The translations under genes and the position numbers were made by a program. This document shows, in pieces, positions 8,991 through 17,899 of a stretch of 64,000 nucleotides of DNA. The DNA is taken from assembly GCA_977020255.1 (NCBI GenBank), contig CDROCS010000122.1, positions 434,001-498,000 on the forward strand. Direction: 5' to 3'. The DNA comes from Obrimoposthia wandeli. Its lineage: Eukaryota. Each line of letters opens with the position of its first letter. The stretch's first letter is position 1. The notes under the pieces were generated by a model. The model saw only the letters and a list, made by a program, of their open reading frames with translations, had not been told where the DNA came from and did not search any database.

Positions 8991-9819
8991 CCGAACGCAG
9001 GTTTGCACTGTTTTACTGGCGCTTACATTACCGATATCGTCGTTGGTTTTAGCTAATGAAAGCATCGATCAACTTGAAGGCATCGCACAACCTCCAAAAG
9101 CAGAGCAACCTAAAAACAGAAACCAGCAAGCCGTAACAACAATGATAACCAAAGCCGACAGCTATCGCATTCAACCCGGCGCTGCGAAAGTGGTTTCATT
9201 AGTAAAGCTTTATAAGTCAAACACGTTAGACAAAACGCGTCAGTACAATGTGTATACCCGCCCTAATCGCGAATCACTGGTGGTGTTTAAATCGGCCGTG
9301 GAAGCTGGGCAAAAAATGCTGATGATTGAAGATAATTATTGGTTATTGATGCCAAAAAGTCGTCGTCCTATTCGTATTACCCCCATGCAAAAATTACTGG
9401 GTGAAGCATCCGTTGGTGATATATCAACACTCACTTGGAGTGAAGATTATCAAGGTGAATGGGTAACATCGGCGATCATCAAAACACCTAATGGCGCAGA
9501 AGTAACAACCAACCAATTAAAATTGACCGCCAAAACCAAAGGGGCGAGTTATCAAACCATCGATCTTTGGTTAGATGCCAACAATGATTTCCCAATCAAA
9601 GCGGATCTGTATTTACGTTCAGGAAAAATGGCAAAACAAGCGTGGTTTACTCAAGGTTTGCGTGGAGGGTCAACCAGCGTTGTCGCCATGACTCTACTTG
9701 ATAAAATCCAGCCCCATAAAAAAACGGTCATTGAATATCAAGCGATCTCACAGCAAACGTTAGAAGATAAATACTACAACCCAGCGTATCTATCTCGTAA
9801 TAGTGTGTCAGAGCTATAA
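8983..9819 (+). CDS. LolA-like periplasmic protein (outer membrane lipoprotein-sorting protein family)
   Basis: Signal peptide; GQKMLMIEDNYWLLMPKSRRPIRI and DLWLDANNDFPIKADLY motifs typical of the LolA-like family. Confidence 0.8.
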   Translation: MFNRTQVCTVLLALTLPISSLVLANESIDQLEGIAQPPKAEQPKNRNQQAVTTMITKADSYRIQPGAAKVVSLVKLYKSNTLDKTRQYNVYTRPNRESLVVFKSAVEAGQKMLMIEDNYWLLMPKSRRPIRITPMQKLLGEASVGDISTLTWSEDYQGEWVTSAIIKTPNGAEVTTNQLKLTAKTKGASYQTIDLWLDANNDFPIKADLYLRSGKMAKQAWFTQGLRGGSTSVVAMTLLDKIQPHKKTVIEYQAISQQTLEDKYYNPAYLSRNSVSEL

Positions 9820-9821
9820 TC

Positions 9822-11237
9822 ATGAATAAAAATAAGGCGATTAAAGCATTCAATAACATCGGGGTACTAATGATCCTGATGTTACTGAATACGCCGTATT
9901 CAGCCGCCAGTAATAGTGATTTATCGCTACATTGGGATTGGATGATCAGTGCTGAAAGCATGCAAACAAGAAACTCGCCATTTATTCCGCCACAACCTGA
10001 TAGCCGTCAAACCATTGATGGATTATTAGAGGTGGAAGTGGGATACAAACAATGGCTAGGATTGATTTCGCTTAAAACCACAGATCTGTATTCAGAGACT
10101 CAAGGTAATTCTTCAAGTGTTCACCAGAGTTCGAACCAAAACACCTCTCTATACGATGAGCCTAACAATGATCCAAGCGCTGAATTCATTATTCGAGAGC
10201 TGTATTGGCAAGGCGGTTTTTCCTTGGCGAATGAAGCTCTCGGTGAACAGTACATTGATGTCACTCTGGGGAAAATTCGATTGGATTGGGGCGTAGGTTA
10301 CGGTTATCGCCCTCTTGATATCATTAAGCCATATCGCAGAAACCCCGTGGGAATAGTGGCTGAAGAAGGGGCTGGTGTGGTGGCATTATCTGTTTTCGAT
10401 GCCACAGGTGAATGGACGCTGCTTTACACCGATTCATCATGGACATCGCAATCACTGAATGCCCTAGAACGGCAATCTCAACAGCAAGGCATTGGCGTGC
10501 GTCGCTATAACATGCAGGGCGAGCAAGAATACCAATGGCTCGCTTACTATGACGATGTACGCCATGGGTTAATCGGTGGCAGCGTGGTGTCTGTTTTAGA
10601 TCTCGCTTGGGAATTTCATGGATCCGCCACTTACCAGCATCAAAGCCTAGGTTATGAACTACCAAGTTCGAACCAGCAACCCGTTATTTTAGGTGAGCAA
10701 GGTAACGCTTTTCAAACCCTATTGGGGTTAACGTGGGCTAATGAAGTGGGCAATAGTATTATTTTAGAATACTGGTATGACAGCCGAGCTTGGTCTTCAT
10801 CGCAATGGCAACAAGCTATCGATACCGCCACCCGCCTAAATAAAATGGCTATGCCATCGACGAATTCAACTCAGACTGGAACATCGCAAAACACAGCATT
10901 GAGTGCATCGTATGCGCAAGGTTTTCAGCTTAGCAATATTGTTCAGCATAATATGATGTTGCATTGGTCACTCAATTCAACAGCATGGACACAATGGGAT
11001 TGGAGTCGAGAAATTAATTGGATTCAACACGTAACGCCAACCTTTGATTTGCTTTACTCCCCTCAAGATAATGGGATTATCGCGACACAGTGGCTGAACT
11101 ATGAATGGATAGATACTGGGAGTGCATCTCTCGATTTAGAGCTTGCTGCACGATTTTTGACTGGGAAATCAAATTCAGCTTATGCTAACTTGCCAGATAA
11201 GCATATGATTTTGCTAAACCTGAAAGGGCGATTCTAA
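9822..11237 (+). CDS. Putative outer-membrane beta-barrel protein
   Basis: Signal peptide; alternating aromatic/hydrophobic strands; GKIRLDWGVGYGY; C-terminal LNLKGRF resembles a BAM beta-signal. Confidence 0.7.
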   Translation: MNKNKAIKAFNNIGVLMILMLLNTPYSAASNSDLSLHWDWMISAESMQTRNSPFIPPQPDSRQTIDGLLEVEVGYKQWLGLISLKTTDLYSETQGNSSSVHQSSNQNTSLYDEPNNDPSAEFIIRELYWQGGFSLANEALGEQYIDVTLGKIRLDWGVGYGYRPLDIIKPYRRNPVGIVAEEGAGVVALSVFDATGEWTLLYTDSSWTSQSLNALERQSQQQGIGVRRYNMQGEQEYQWLAYYDDVRHGLIGGSVVSVLDLAWEFHGSATYQHQSLGYELPSSNQQPVILGEQGNAFQTLLGLTWANEVGNSIILEYWYDSRAWSSSQWQQAIDTATRLNKMAMPSTNSTQTGTSQNTALSASYAQGFQLSNIVQHNMMLHWSLNSTAWTQWDWSREINWIQHVTPTFDLLYSPQDNGIIATQWLNYEWIDTGSASLDLELAARFLTGKSNSAYANLPDKHMILLNLKGRF

Positions 11238-12286
11238 TGAGTGATATTAAAATGGACGTAAAAAAAGAAACGAATTACTCATGGGGTAAATCGTTCTTAT
11301 TCACCAGTATTTTTTGTTTTATCATCGCCTTAACCACTCAAGCAGTTTGGTCTGATTCACTTTTAAAACACCTCATTATCAGCTTCGGCTTTGGCTATAG
11401 TGCTATTTTCAGTGCCAAGCTTATTAATTTTGTGTTCCCTACGATGTCACGCCAACGAGAAATTATCTGTACCCTGAGTATCTCGATGATCGTTGGTACC
11501 TTAAATGCACAATATTGGATTAATGATCTCCTTGGTGTAGATGGCTGGAACAACCTAAAGCCTGTCATATTACTGGGGCTTATCTTCACGGGTTTTTGCT
11601 TCTACTTTTTTTATTCAAAAGAACAAAAACTCATTGCAGATAAAGAGCTAGAAACCCTTAAAAGAAAACAAATAGAACAAGAGAAAGTATTGTTAGTCAG
11701 TCAATTGAAGCAACTGCAAAGTCAGATCGAACCGCATTTTTTATTCAATACGCTAGCCACAATCAGTGTGCTGATCGAAACCGACAGCAATAAAGCAAAA
11801 TTGATGTTAGAAAAACTCACAGAGTTACTGCGTGCAACCCTCAATAACACGAGGCACCAACACACCACGGTTGAGCAAGAAGTATCATTGGTTGAGGCAT
11901 ATTTGAAGATCCAACAGATACGGCTTGGGGATAGGTTAGAGTATGCCATCAATATCGACGGCATCTCATCAACTCACGTATTACCACCGCTATTAATTCA
12001 ACCGTTAATCGAAAATGCATTAACACATGGTATTGAACCAATCGCTAAGGGTGGAAAGGTCACACTCGATATAGTCAATCTTGGCGAGAGTATGCAGATC
12101 AGCGTAACGGATAACGGTGCAGGATTCAGCCCCACCCCGCATGCAACTGGGCATGGATTAGGGCTAGAAAATATTCGCCAACGCATAGACATGTTATTTG
12201 ACGGAAAAGCCAGTATATCGATAAAAGAGCTCCGTACTGGTGGCGTCGTTTCAACCTTAACCCTACCCATCGAAATGCATGATTAG
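11237..12286 (+). CDS. LytS/AlgZ-family sensor histidine kinase
   Basis: Four N-terminal TMs; LQSQIEPHFLFNTL H-box; QPLIENALTHG, DNGAG and GLGLENIRQR ATPase motifs; TAATG-coupled to the barrel gene. Confidence 0.92.
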   Translation: MSDIKMDVKKETNYSWGKSFLFTSIFCFIIALTTQAVWSDSLLKHLIISFGFGYSAIFSAKLINFVFPTMSRQREIICTLSISMIVGTLNAQYWINDLLGVDGWNNLKPVILLGLIFTGFCFYFFYSKEQKLIADKELETLKRKQIEQEKVLLVSQLKQLQSQIEPHFLFNTLATISVLIETDSNKAKLMLEKLTELLRATLNNTRHQHTTVEQEVSLVEAYLKIQQIRLGDRLEYAINIDGISSTHVLPPLLIQPLIENALTHGIEPIAKGGKVTLDIVNLGESMQISVTDNGAGFSPTPHATGHGLGLENIRQRIDMLFDGKASISIKELRTGGVVSTLTLPIEMHD

Positions 12287-12330
12287 CGTCAGAAGGTGTT
12301 AGTTAATTAAACAATCTAAGGACAGATAAG

Positions 12331-13143
12331 ATGACACAATTTGCAACCGCGATCATTGCCGATGATGAGCCACTTTTACGCCATCATTTAAATCGTTCTT
12401 TAGCCGAAACATGGCCAGAACTCGACATAGTCGCGAGTGCTGAAAACGGAAAAGAAGCATGGTTGAAAATCAATGAACATCAACCAGACGTTGTATTTCT
12501 TGATATTCGAATGCCAGAATTAGACGGTATGGCACTGGCGAATAAACTCAAAAAAATGCCTACCCCACCCTTGATTGTTTTTATTACCGCGTATGATGAA
12601 TATGCGGTAAAAGCCTTTGAACAAAGTGCGGTTGATTACTTATTAAAGCCCATTAGCGAATCACGCTTACTGACTGCCTGCACTAAATTACAGTGCCAAC
12701 TATCAATGCAGCAATCAGAACAACAGCAACCCTCAAATGCACCATCGCAGCCCGACATATCGGTATTGATCCAGAAAATTCAACAGCTATCGACACAGTC
12801 TGAGCCACAATACCTCACTTGGATAAAAGCCAGCGCGGGTGATGACATTCATTTAATCGCGATATCCGATGTGCTCTATTTTAAAGCGGAAGACAAATAT
12901 GTATCGGTGTTTAAGCGATTACCTAATAACGCCGCTCAAGAATATATTATTCGTACATCACTGAAAGAATTGCTTGCACAGCTCAATCCAGATTCATTTT
13001 GGCAAATACATCGTTCAACAGTCGTTAATGTCGCAACCATTGAAAAAGTGAAGAAAGATCTAACAGGAAGGATGTCAGTGATCATTGATGGAAAAAAGCT
13101 GCCTGTTAGCCGAACAGCACAGAGTTTATTTAAAGGGATGTAA
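12331..13143 (+). CDS. LytTR-family response regulator
   Basis: REC domain (ADDE, FLDIRMP, ITAY, KP) plus LytTR domain ([16 protein letters not shown]). Confidence 0.93.
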   Translation: MTQFATAIIADDEPLLRHHLNRSLAETWPELDIVASAENGKEAWLKINEHQPDVVFLDIRMPELDGMALANKLKKMPTPPLIVFITAYDEYAVKAFEQSAVDYLLKPISESRLLTACTKLQCQLSMQQSEQQQPSNAPSQPDISVLIQKIQQLSTQSEPQYLTWIKASAGDDIHLIAISDVLYFKAEDKYVSVFKRLPNNAAQEYIIRTSLKELLAQLNPDSFWQIHRSTVVNVATIEKVKKDLTGRMSVIIDGKKLPVSRTAQSLFKGM

Positions 13144-13909
13144 TAGTTAGTTAGATTGAACCAACAATAAACTGTTATTAATCATACCAAGTCAAAACAT
13201 ATTTATTACTAATAAACAACATCATTTAAACTTTTTGAAGAGCCTAAAATGAGTATAACAACGAAAGAACACCGCCACAGAAAGCCTAATAAGTCAGACA
13301 TTTAAACGGAGGAAGCCCACAAGGTGTATGGTTTTATCATCATCCAGATATAACGCGATAGTATCACCAACTCTCTGCTTATATTCCTATGGGGCATTCA
13401 CTGTTTTACCCATTAAACGCCGAGCAGAATTCTCCATGACGTCTCTTGATAAAACCGTAAATTAAGACGCTATTTTACATGCAACATTTCAAGTAGAAAC
13501 ATCAGTGTCCCCCAACAGAACCATCACTAAAACAGTAACAAACAACCTAGAATCAGATAATAACCATAATAATCATATGATAACAACCATAAATGGCGAC
13601 ATCAATCATACGTAAAATGTATGAATTGTCTTTATCTGACGGTTAAAAAGGAAGTCTTTTATGGGTCTGCACCTTCTCTTTATTTTATAAATCGCTTTCA
13701 CTAAAAACACTTTCTTGATAAAAAACTTAATTCATAGTGTGAATTTTGTTCCATTTTTTACCCATTCTTATTGTAAACTATATTCCTTTAACGAAATCAA
13801 TCGCACTTTTTATACCTTATAGATTCCTTTGATAAGGATATCAGTAGAATTAGGTATGACTTTTAAGAATGCCCTTTGCATTCGTCTAACGAGAGCAGGA
13901 AGCTTTATT

Positions 13910-14548
13910 ATGGGATATTTAGAGAGAATTAAGCAGTTAGCTAAAATCCAAGGAATTAGCCAAAAGCAACTTGGCGAATCTTTAGGTCTTCAGCAAGGAA
14001 CAATGAGCCGTAAATTATCGGGTAAATACGGTATTGAAGTCCGCGAACTAGAAAGAATCGCTGAGGCATTAAAGACATCTATCGGTTACCTCTTAACAGG
14101 GCAAATTGATACCGGCACTCAAGCAACAACAGCCATTACTCATGAGTCTGCACAAGGTTCAACCTGTACTTACATTCCCATTATTCACCGTAAAGATTTT
14201 GGACCTTTCATCGACGGCGAATCAGTCAATGTGGTCAGTAAACGCGTGATACCACAACACCTTGAACGTGATGATTGCTTAGGTTTATTTGTTGATAACG
14301 AAAACATTTCACAATGCGCACCTATTGGCAGCTATGCATTAGCCACCAAGCAAGCGACTTACCGCCCTAAACAACCAGTATTTGCATCGGTACGTGACAG
14401 TGAGCCTGATTTTTATCACATGACTCAATTGGCTGATGGTGTCATCTTTTCGACATCCCAACCCGATTTCCCTAACCTCTTTGTCAATAATGATGAATTT
14501 AAAGTTCACGGTTACATCATCCAATCAGATTGGGCTTACGATCGTTAA
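13910..14548 (+). CDS. XRE/CI-like transcriptional regulator with degenerate S24-like C-terminal domain
   Basis: HTH ISQKQLGESLGLQQGTMSRKLSG...LERIAEAL; AGGA RBS before ATG 13910 (the track start at 13829 is probably too long). Confidence 0.8.
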   Translation: MGYLERIKQLAKIQGISQKQLGESLGLQQGTMSRKLSGKYGIEVRELERIAEALKTSIGYLLTGQIDTGTQATTAITHESAQGSTCTYIPIIHRKDFGPFIDGESVNVVSKRVIPQHLERDDCLGLFVDNENISQCAPIGSYALATKQATYRPKQPVFASVRDSEPDFYHMTQLADGVIFSTSQPDFPNLFVNNDEFKVHGYIIQSDWAYDR

Positions 14549-14577
14549 GATCAGCTTGTAATAAATATGTGATTTAT

Positions 14578-14665
14578 ATACCAACCTATGCTTTTAACTA
14601 GAAAGAGTTTCAAAACAGGCTGCTGCGATTATTTCAACGGGTCTGATACTTGTTTAGGTTGGTAT
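14578..14665. repeat. Internally deleted copy of a dispersed inverted-repeat (MITE-like) element
   Basis: ATACCAACCTA...TAGGTTGGTAT 11-bp inverted repeat; right end matches the 37.5-kb copy at 22/26. Confidence 0.6.
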
Positions 14666-14735
14666 TCACTTTACGACTACGTAGAATAGCGAGGGTAAAA
14701 AACCGTCGATATTATTCTTTAGCTAGTGGTAAATC

Positions 14736-15263
14736 ATGTCAAAAATTATCGTTGCCTCTACCAACCCTGCAAAAATTTCTGCTGTTTCTTCAGCATTCTC
14801 ACAAGCTTTTCCTGAACAATCCTTTACTGTCGAAGGCATTAGTGTCGCCAGTGAAGTAAGAGATCAGCCTTTATGTGCAGACGAAACCTTACTCGGTGCA
14901 AGAAATCGTGTTAAGAATGCACGAAAGTTGCGTACGGATGCTGATTTTTACGTCGGACTGGAAGCGGGAATCGATGGGGATTTTACCTTTGCGTGGATGG
15001 TAATTGAAAACCACAAACAACGCGGTGAAGCACGATCGGCTTCTTTGCCTTTGCCTCCTTTTGCGCTAGACAAAATCCAACAAGGCATTGAACTGGGTGA
15101 TGTGATGGACGATATGTTTAACCAACAGAACGTTAAACAAAAAGGCGGAGCCATTGCAATGTTGACTAACCATACACTCAGTCGTAGTTCGGTCTATCAA
15201 CAAGCCCTGATTCTGGCATTAATTCCGTTTATAAATGAACAATGGTTTCCTAGCCGCGAGTGA
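14736..15263 (+). CDS. yjjX: Inosine/xanthosine triphosphatase
   Basis: VASTNPAK, SEVRDQP, GLEAGI and KQKGGAIAMLT motifs; convergent with trpR. Confidence 0.92.
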   Translation: MSKIIVASTNPAKISAVSSAFSQAFPEQSFTVEGISVASEVRDQPLCADETLLGARNRVKNARKLRTDADFYVGLEAGIDGDFTFAWMVIENHKQRGEARSASLPLPPFALDKIQQGIELGDVMDDMFNQQNVKQKGGAIAMLTNHTLSRSSVYQQALILALIPFINEQWFPSRE

Positions 15264-15265
15264 TA

Positions 15266-15300
15266 AGCAAGGATGATCAAAGAGTTGTCTCGATTGCGAT
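15266..15300. repeat. Fragment of the same dispersed repeat element
   Basis: AGCAAGGATGATCAAAGAGTTGTCTCGATTG matches the element right end at 27/31. Confidence 0.55.
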
Positions 15301-15320
15301 ATATAGCATCTGGCATTAAA

Positions 15321-15368
15321 AAATCCCGTCGCGTGGCTCATTATTGAGTAAGCATCGCGACGGGATTT
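15321..15368. terminator. Bidirectional terminator yjjX/trpR
   Basis: AAATCCCGTCGCG...CGCGACGGGATTT, perfect 13-bp stem. Confidence 0.7.
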
Positions 15369-15400
15369 ATACCTTCAGAGCAACTGACTGATAGCGACGT

Positions 15401-15712
15401 TTATTGCTGTTGCTGCTTGAGTAACGCCGCCAGCCATTCTTTTGTATCGTCGCTCTGGTGCTTCAATTCATTAGATCCTCGGGTAATCGTTGCTACCCCA
15501 ACCCCTAACAATTCACTAATTTTTCGTTGGCTACGCTGCCCATTCATTAGCTCATGAAGAATATTCACGCGAGCCAATAATGCCTCTCTTTCATCGGGGG
15601 TTAGCAATAGCTTCAGCATCACGTCATCTTTCTGCTCTAATGCTGCCTGACGAAGTAAATCGACGACCTGTTGCCACTCGGTAAAATCAGCCGTTTCCGG
15701 AGTTGTTGACAT
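15401..15712 (-). CDS. trpR: Trp operon repressor
   Basis: LLLTPDEREAL and SQRKISELLGVGVATITRGSNELK; start refined to MSTTPE at 15712. Confidence 0.95.
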   Translation of the reverse strand: MSTTPETADFTEWQQVVDLLRQAALEQKDDVMLKLLLTPDEREALLARVNILHELMNGQRSQRKISELLGVGVATITRGSNELKHQSDDTKEWLAALLKQQQQ

Positions 15713-15832
15713 GTAAACCTCATTAAGGCGTTTTGAATCTTCAAGGAATGTTAACCTGTTCTGATCCTGTTTCACACCAATTTGATAAATTCTGCAAGAT
15801 TTCAGCCTTGCAGAATCACCGTCAAACACCCT

Positions 15833-17767
15833 TTAGTAACGAGTTGTTAATTCATTCTTTTTAAGTAATATCGATTTTTTACCCATCAAGTCGCTGTAGT
15901 AAATTTCAAACATTAAAACGTTCTGTACATAGCCACGGGTTTCATTAAATGGAATGGCTTCAATGAAGGTATAAACATCACGAGAGCCGCTATTTTGTCG
16001 CTTCCAGCGATTCACTCGACCAGGGCCTGCGTTATACGCAGCAAACGAATAGACACGGTTATCATCGTAGCGTTCTAACATCATTTTCAGGTAACCACTG
16101 CCAAGGCGTATGTTAACCCCCGGATCAAACAAACTGTTTGTCCCGGTATAATTACGCCCCAGTTTTTTAGCCGTTTCTTTGGCGGTAGCAGGCATCAATT
16201 GCATCAAACCTCGTGCGCCTACGGGTGACTGCGCTTGTGTGTTCCACGCACTTTCCTGACGAGCTAATGCCATCATCGTTGCGGTGGGTAAGTCACGTTG
16301 CTTGCTAAAGAAATCAAACCACCACTTATGAGCCATCGGAAAACGTAATGTAACGTGATCCCACAACTGGCCAGAAATAGTGGCCTGCACTGCTAAATGG
16401 TGCCATTTATGTTTGCCCGCATAAGCCGCCAACATACGCTTTTGCTCAACCGTTTTTCCACTTAATAGGTAATACCATTCACGATTAGCATCAAGCGATT
16501 TATCCAGCGCAATCAACTCTTGAATACGCACCAAGGTTGTCGTGTACTGCTGGCTTTGCTTCGCAATACTTTCCGGCACCGTTTGGGTTGGATAAACGAT
16601 CGGCTTGTTTAACACGGTGGCCGCAGCGGCGCTGTAGAAATCGCGTTGCCCTAAGATCGAGCTGTACAATTTATTCGATTCTGATTTTTTACCGTTACGC
16701 GCAAGAAAGTAGGCTTGCCAGAATGTCCAACGCGTGGTGTCTTTGGCTTCTTGCGGTAAACGATTCACCCACTTTTCAGCTTCCGTGTAATCCCCTTCGC
16801 GTAACGCCAACCGAATACGACGCTCTAGCGCATTAACACTAGAACTGGTTTTCAGCTTATTATCACGCCACTGAATAAGATCGGGCTTATCTGTCGACAT
16901 TAGCCTTAGTGTTGTGTAATCCGCAATATGTTGGGTGCGTGATGGTGTAAAGTGCTGCCCATCAACAGTGCGCTGAAATTGTTTAACCGCTTCTTTTACA
17001 TCATTACGGGCTAAACGCTTATAAGCGGCTTCTGCTATCTGTTGGTTAAACTCGGTGACTTTACTGCGTTTGGCAAAATCAGCGACGTTCTGTGGTTTAT
17101 CTAATAAGCCTAATACATCGTCACCTATCGCTTGGCTCGTACCTGATAATTGTTTATCGAGGTATTTCAGTAAGCCATTGTTGCCTTGCTCGTACGCTAA
17201 TAACATACGATCGAGAATCAGCTGATTAGTCCGTTTACCCGCTTTCGTCCAATCAGACAATAAAGGGTCACACTCGTCGTTGATAGAAATGCCAGTTAGC
17301 CAAAGTGCATTAGCGCCCTGCCAAGCAAGGTCCTTATTGCCTTTTTGGCTTTGCGCATAATAGTAATGACACTTTAGTGTTTGTCCGTTCGGCACGTTTG
17401 GCTGAACAGTTAAAAAATCATTCCAGCGTTCTGTTTTTGCTAGATAATTTAAGTAATGCCCTTTAACTGTCGTATTAAAAGGGAGATCCTTATAATCAGC
17501 AATAAATTCGGTCACTTGCTTGGGTGTTTTCTGACTGAGATTTTTAGAAAAATCATGATAATCTAAGTATGGCGTTAAAGGGTATTCATCTAATTTTTGA
17601 CGTAATTGACGATAACCATCTTCATCTCTCTTATCTAACGCTTTACCTGCTTGTACATACCACTCACGTTGCTGCTCAAGCTTAGAGGCGTGACTTGCTG
17701 GCACACAACTTAAACCGAATATCACCACGGTTACGGTTACTACCTTATGGACTGAAAAACTAAGCAC
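15833..17767 (-). CDS. slt: Soluble lytic murein transglycosylase
   Basis: ARQESAW, GARGLMQLMP, AYNAGPGRV and PFNETRGYVQNV motifs; upstream of trpR. Confidence 0.95.
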   Translation of the reverse strand: MLSFSVHKVVTVTVVIFGLSCVPASHASKLEQQREWYVQAGKALDKRDEDGYRQLRQKLDEYPLTPYLDYHDFSKNLSQKTPKQVTEFIADYKDLPFNTTVKGHYLNYLAKTERWNDFLTVQPNVPNGQTLKCHYYYAQSQKGNKDLAWQGANALWLTGISINDECDPLLSDWTKAGKRTNQLILDRMLLAYEQGNNGLLKYLDKQLSGTSQAIGDDVLGLLDKPQNVADFAKRSKVTEFNQQIAEAAYKRLARNDVKEAVKQFQRTVDGQHFTPSRTQHIADYTTLRLMSTDKPDLIQWRDNKLKTSSSVNALERRIRLALREGDYTEAEKWVNRLPQEAKDTTRWTFWQAYFLARNGKKSESNKLYSSILGQRDFYSAAAATVLNKPIVYPTQTVPESIAKQSQQYTTTLVRIQELIALDKSLDANREWYYLLSGKTVEQKRMLAAYAGKHKWHHLAVQATISGQLWDHVTLRFPMAHKWWFDFFSKQRDLPTATMMALARQESAWNTQAQSPVGARGLMQLMPATAKETAKKLGRNYTGTNSLFDPGVNIRLGSGYLKMMLERYDDNRVYSFAAYNAGPGRVNRWKRQNSGSRDVYTFIEAIPFNETRGYVQNVLMFEIYYSDLMGKKSILLKKNELTTRY

Positions 17768-17899
17768 AAGAAAACTCCATTTCGGTTTTAGGATGATATT
17801 TATTCATAGTAAACGCTAATTATGAACAATGCTGTTAATCTTATGTCTAGATTGGGTAAAATACCTTCTTCATTTTAGATTAGAGATCATAAACTGATT

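Noticed and set aside
13249-13465. Two small plus-strand ORFs (18 aa and 45 aa)
   Set aside because: No recognisable motif; one is antisense to the decayed frame; cannot be supported.
13557-13585. Fur-box-like GATAAT array
   Set aside because: Poor match to GATAATGATAATCATTATC in a very AT-rich context.
13144-14665. Prophage at the CI-like gene
   Set aside because: No integrase, cro, structural genes or att repeats visible.
15713-15850. TrpR autoregulatory operator
   Set aside because: Only a half-site-like AACTCGTT; the ATTCTGCAAG/CTTGCAGAAT hairpin (15789-15816) does not match the TrpR consensus.
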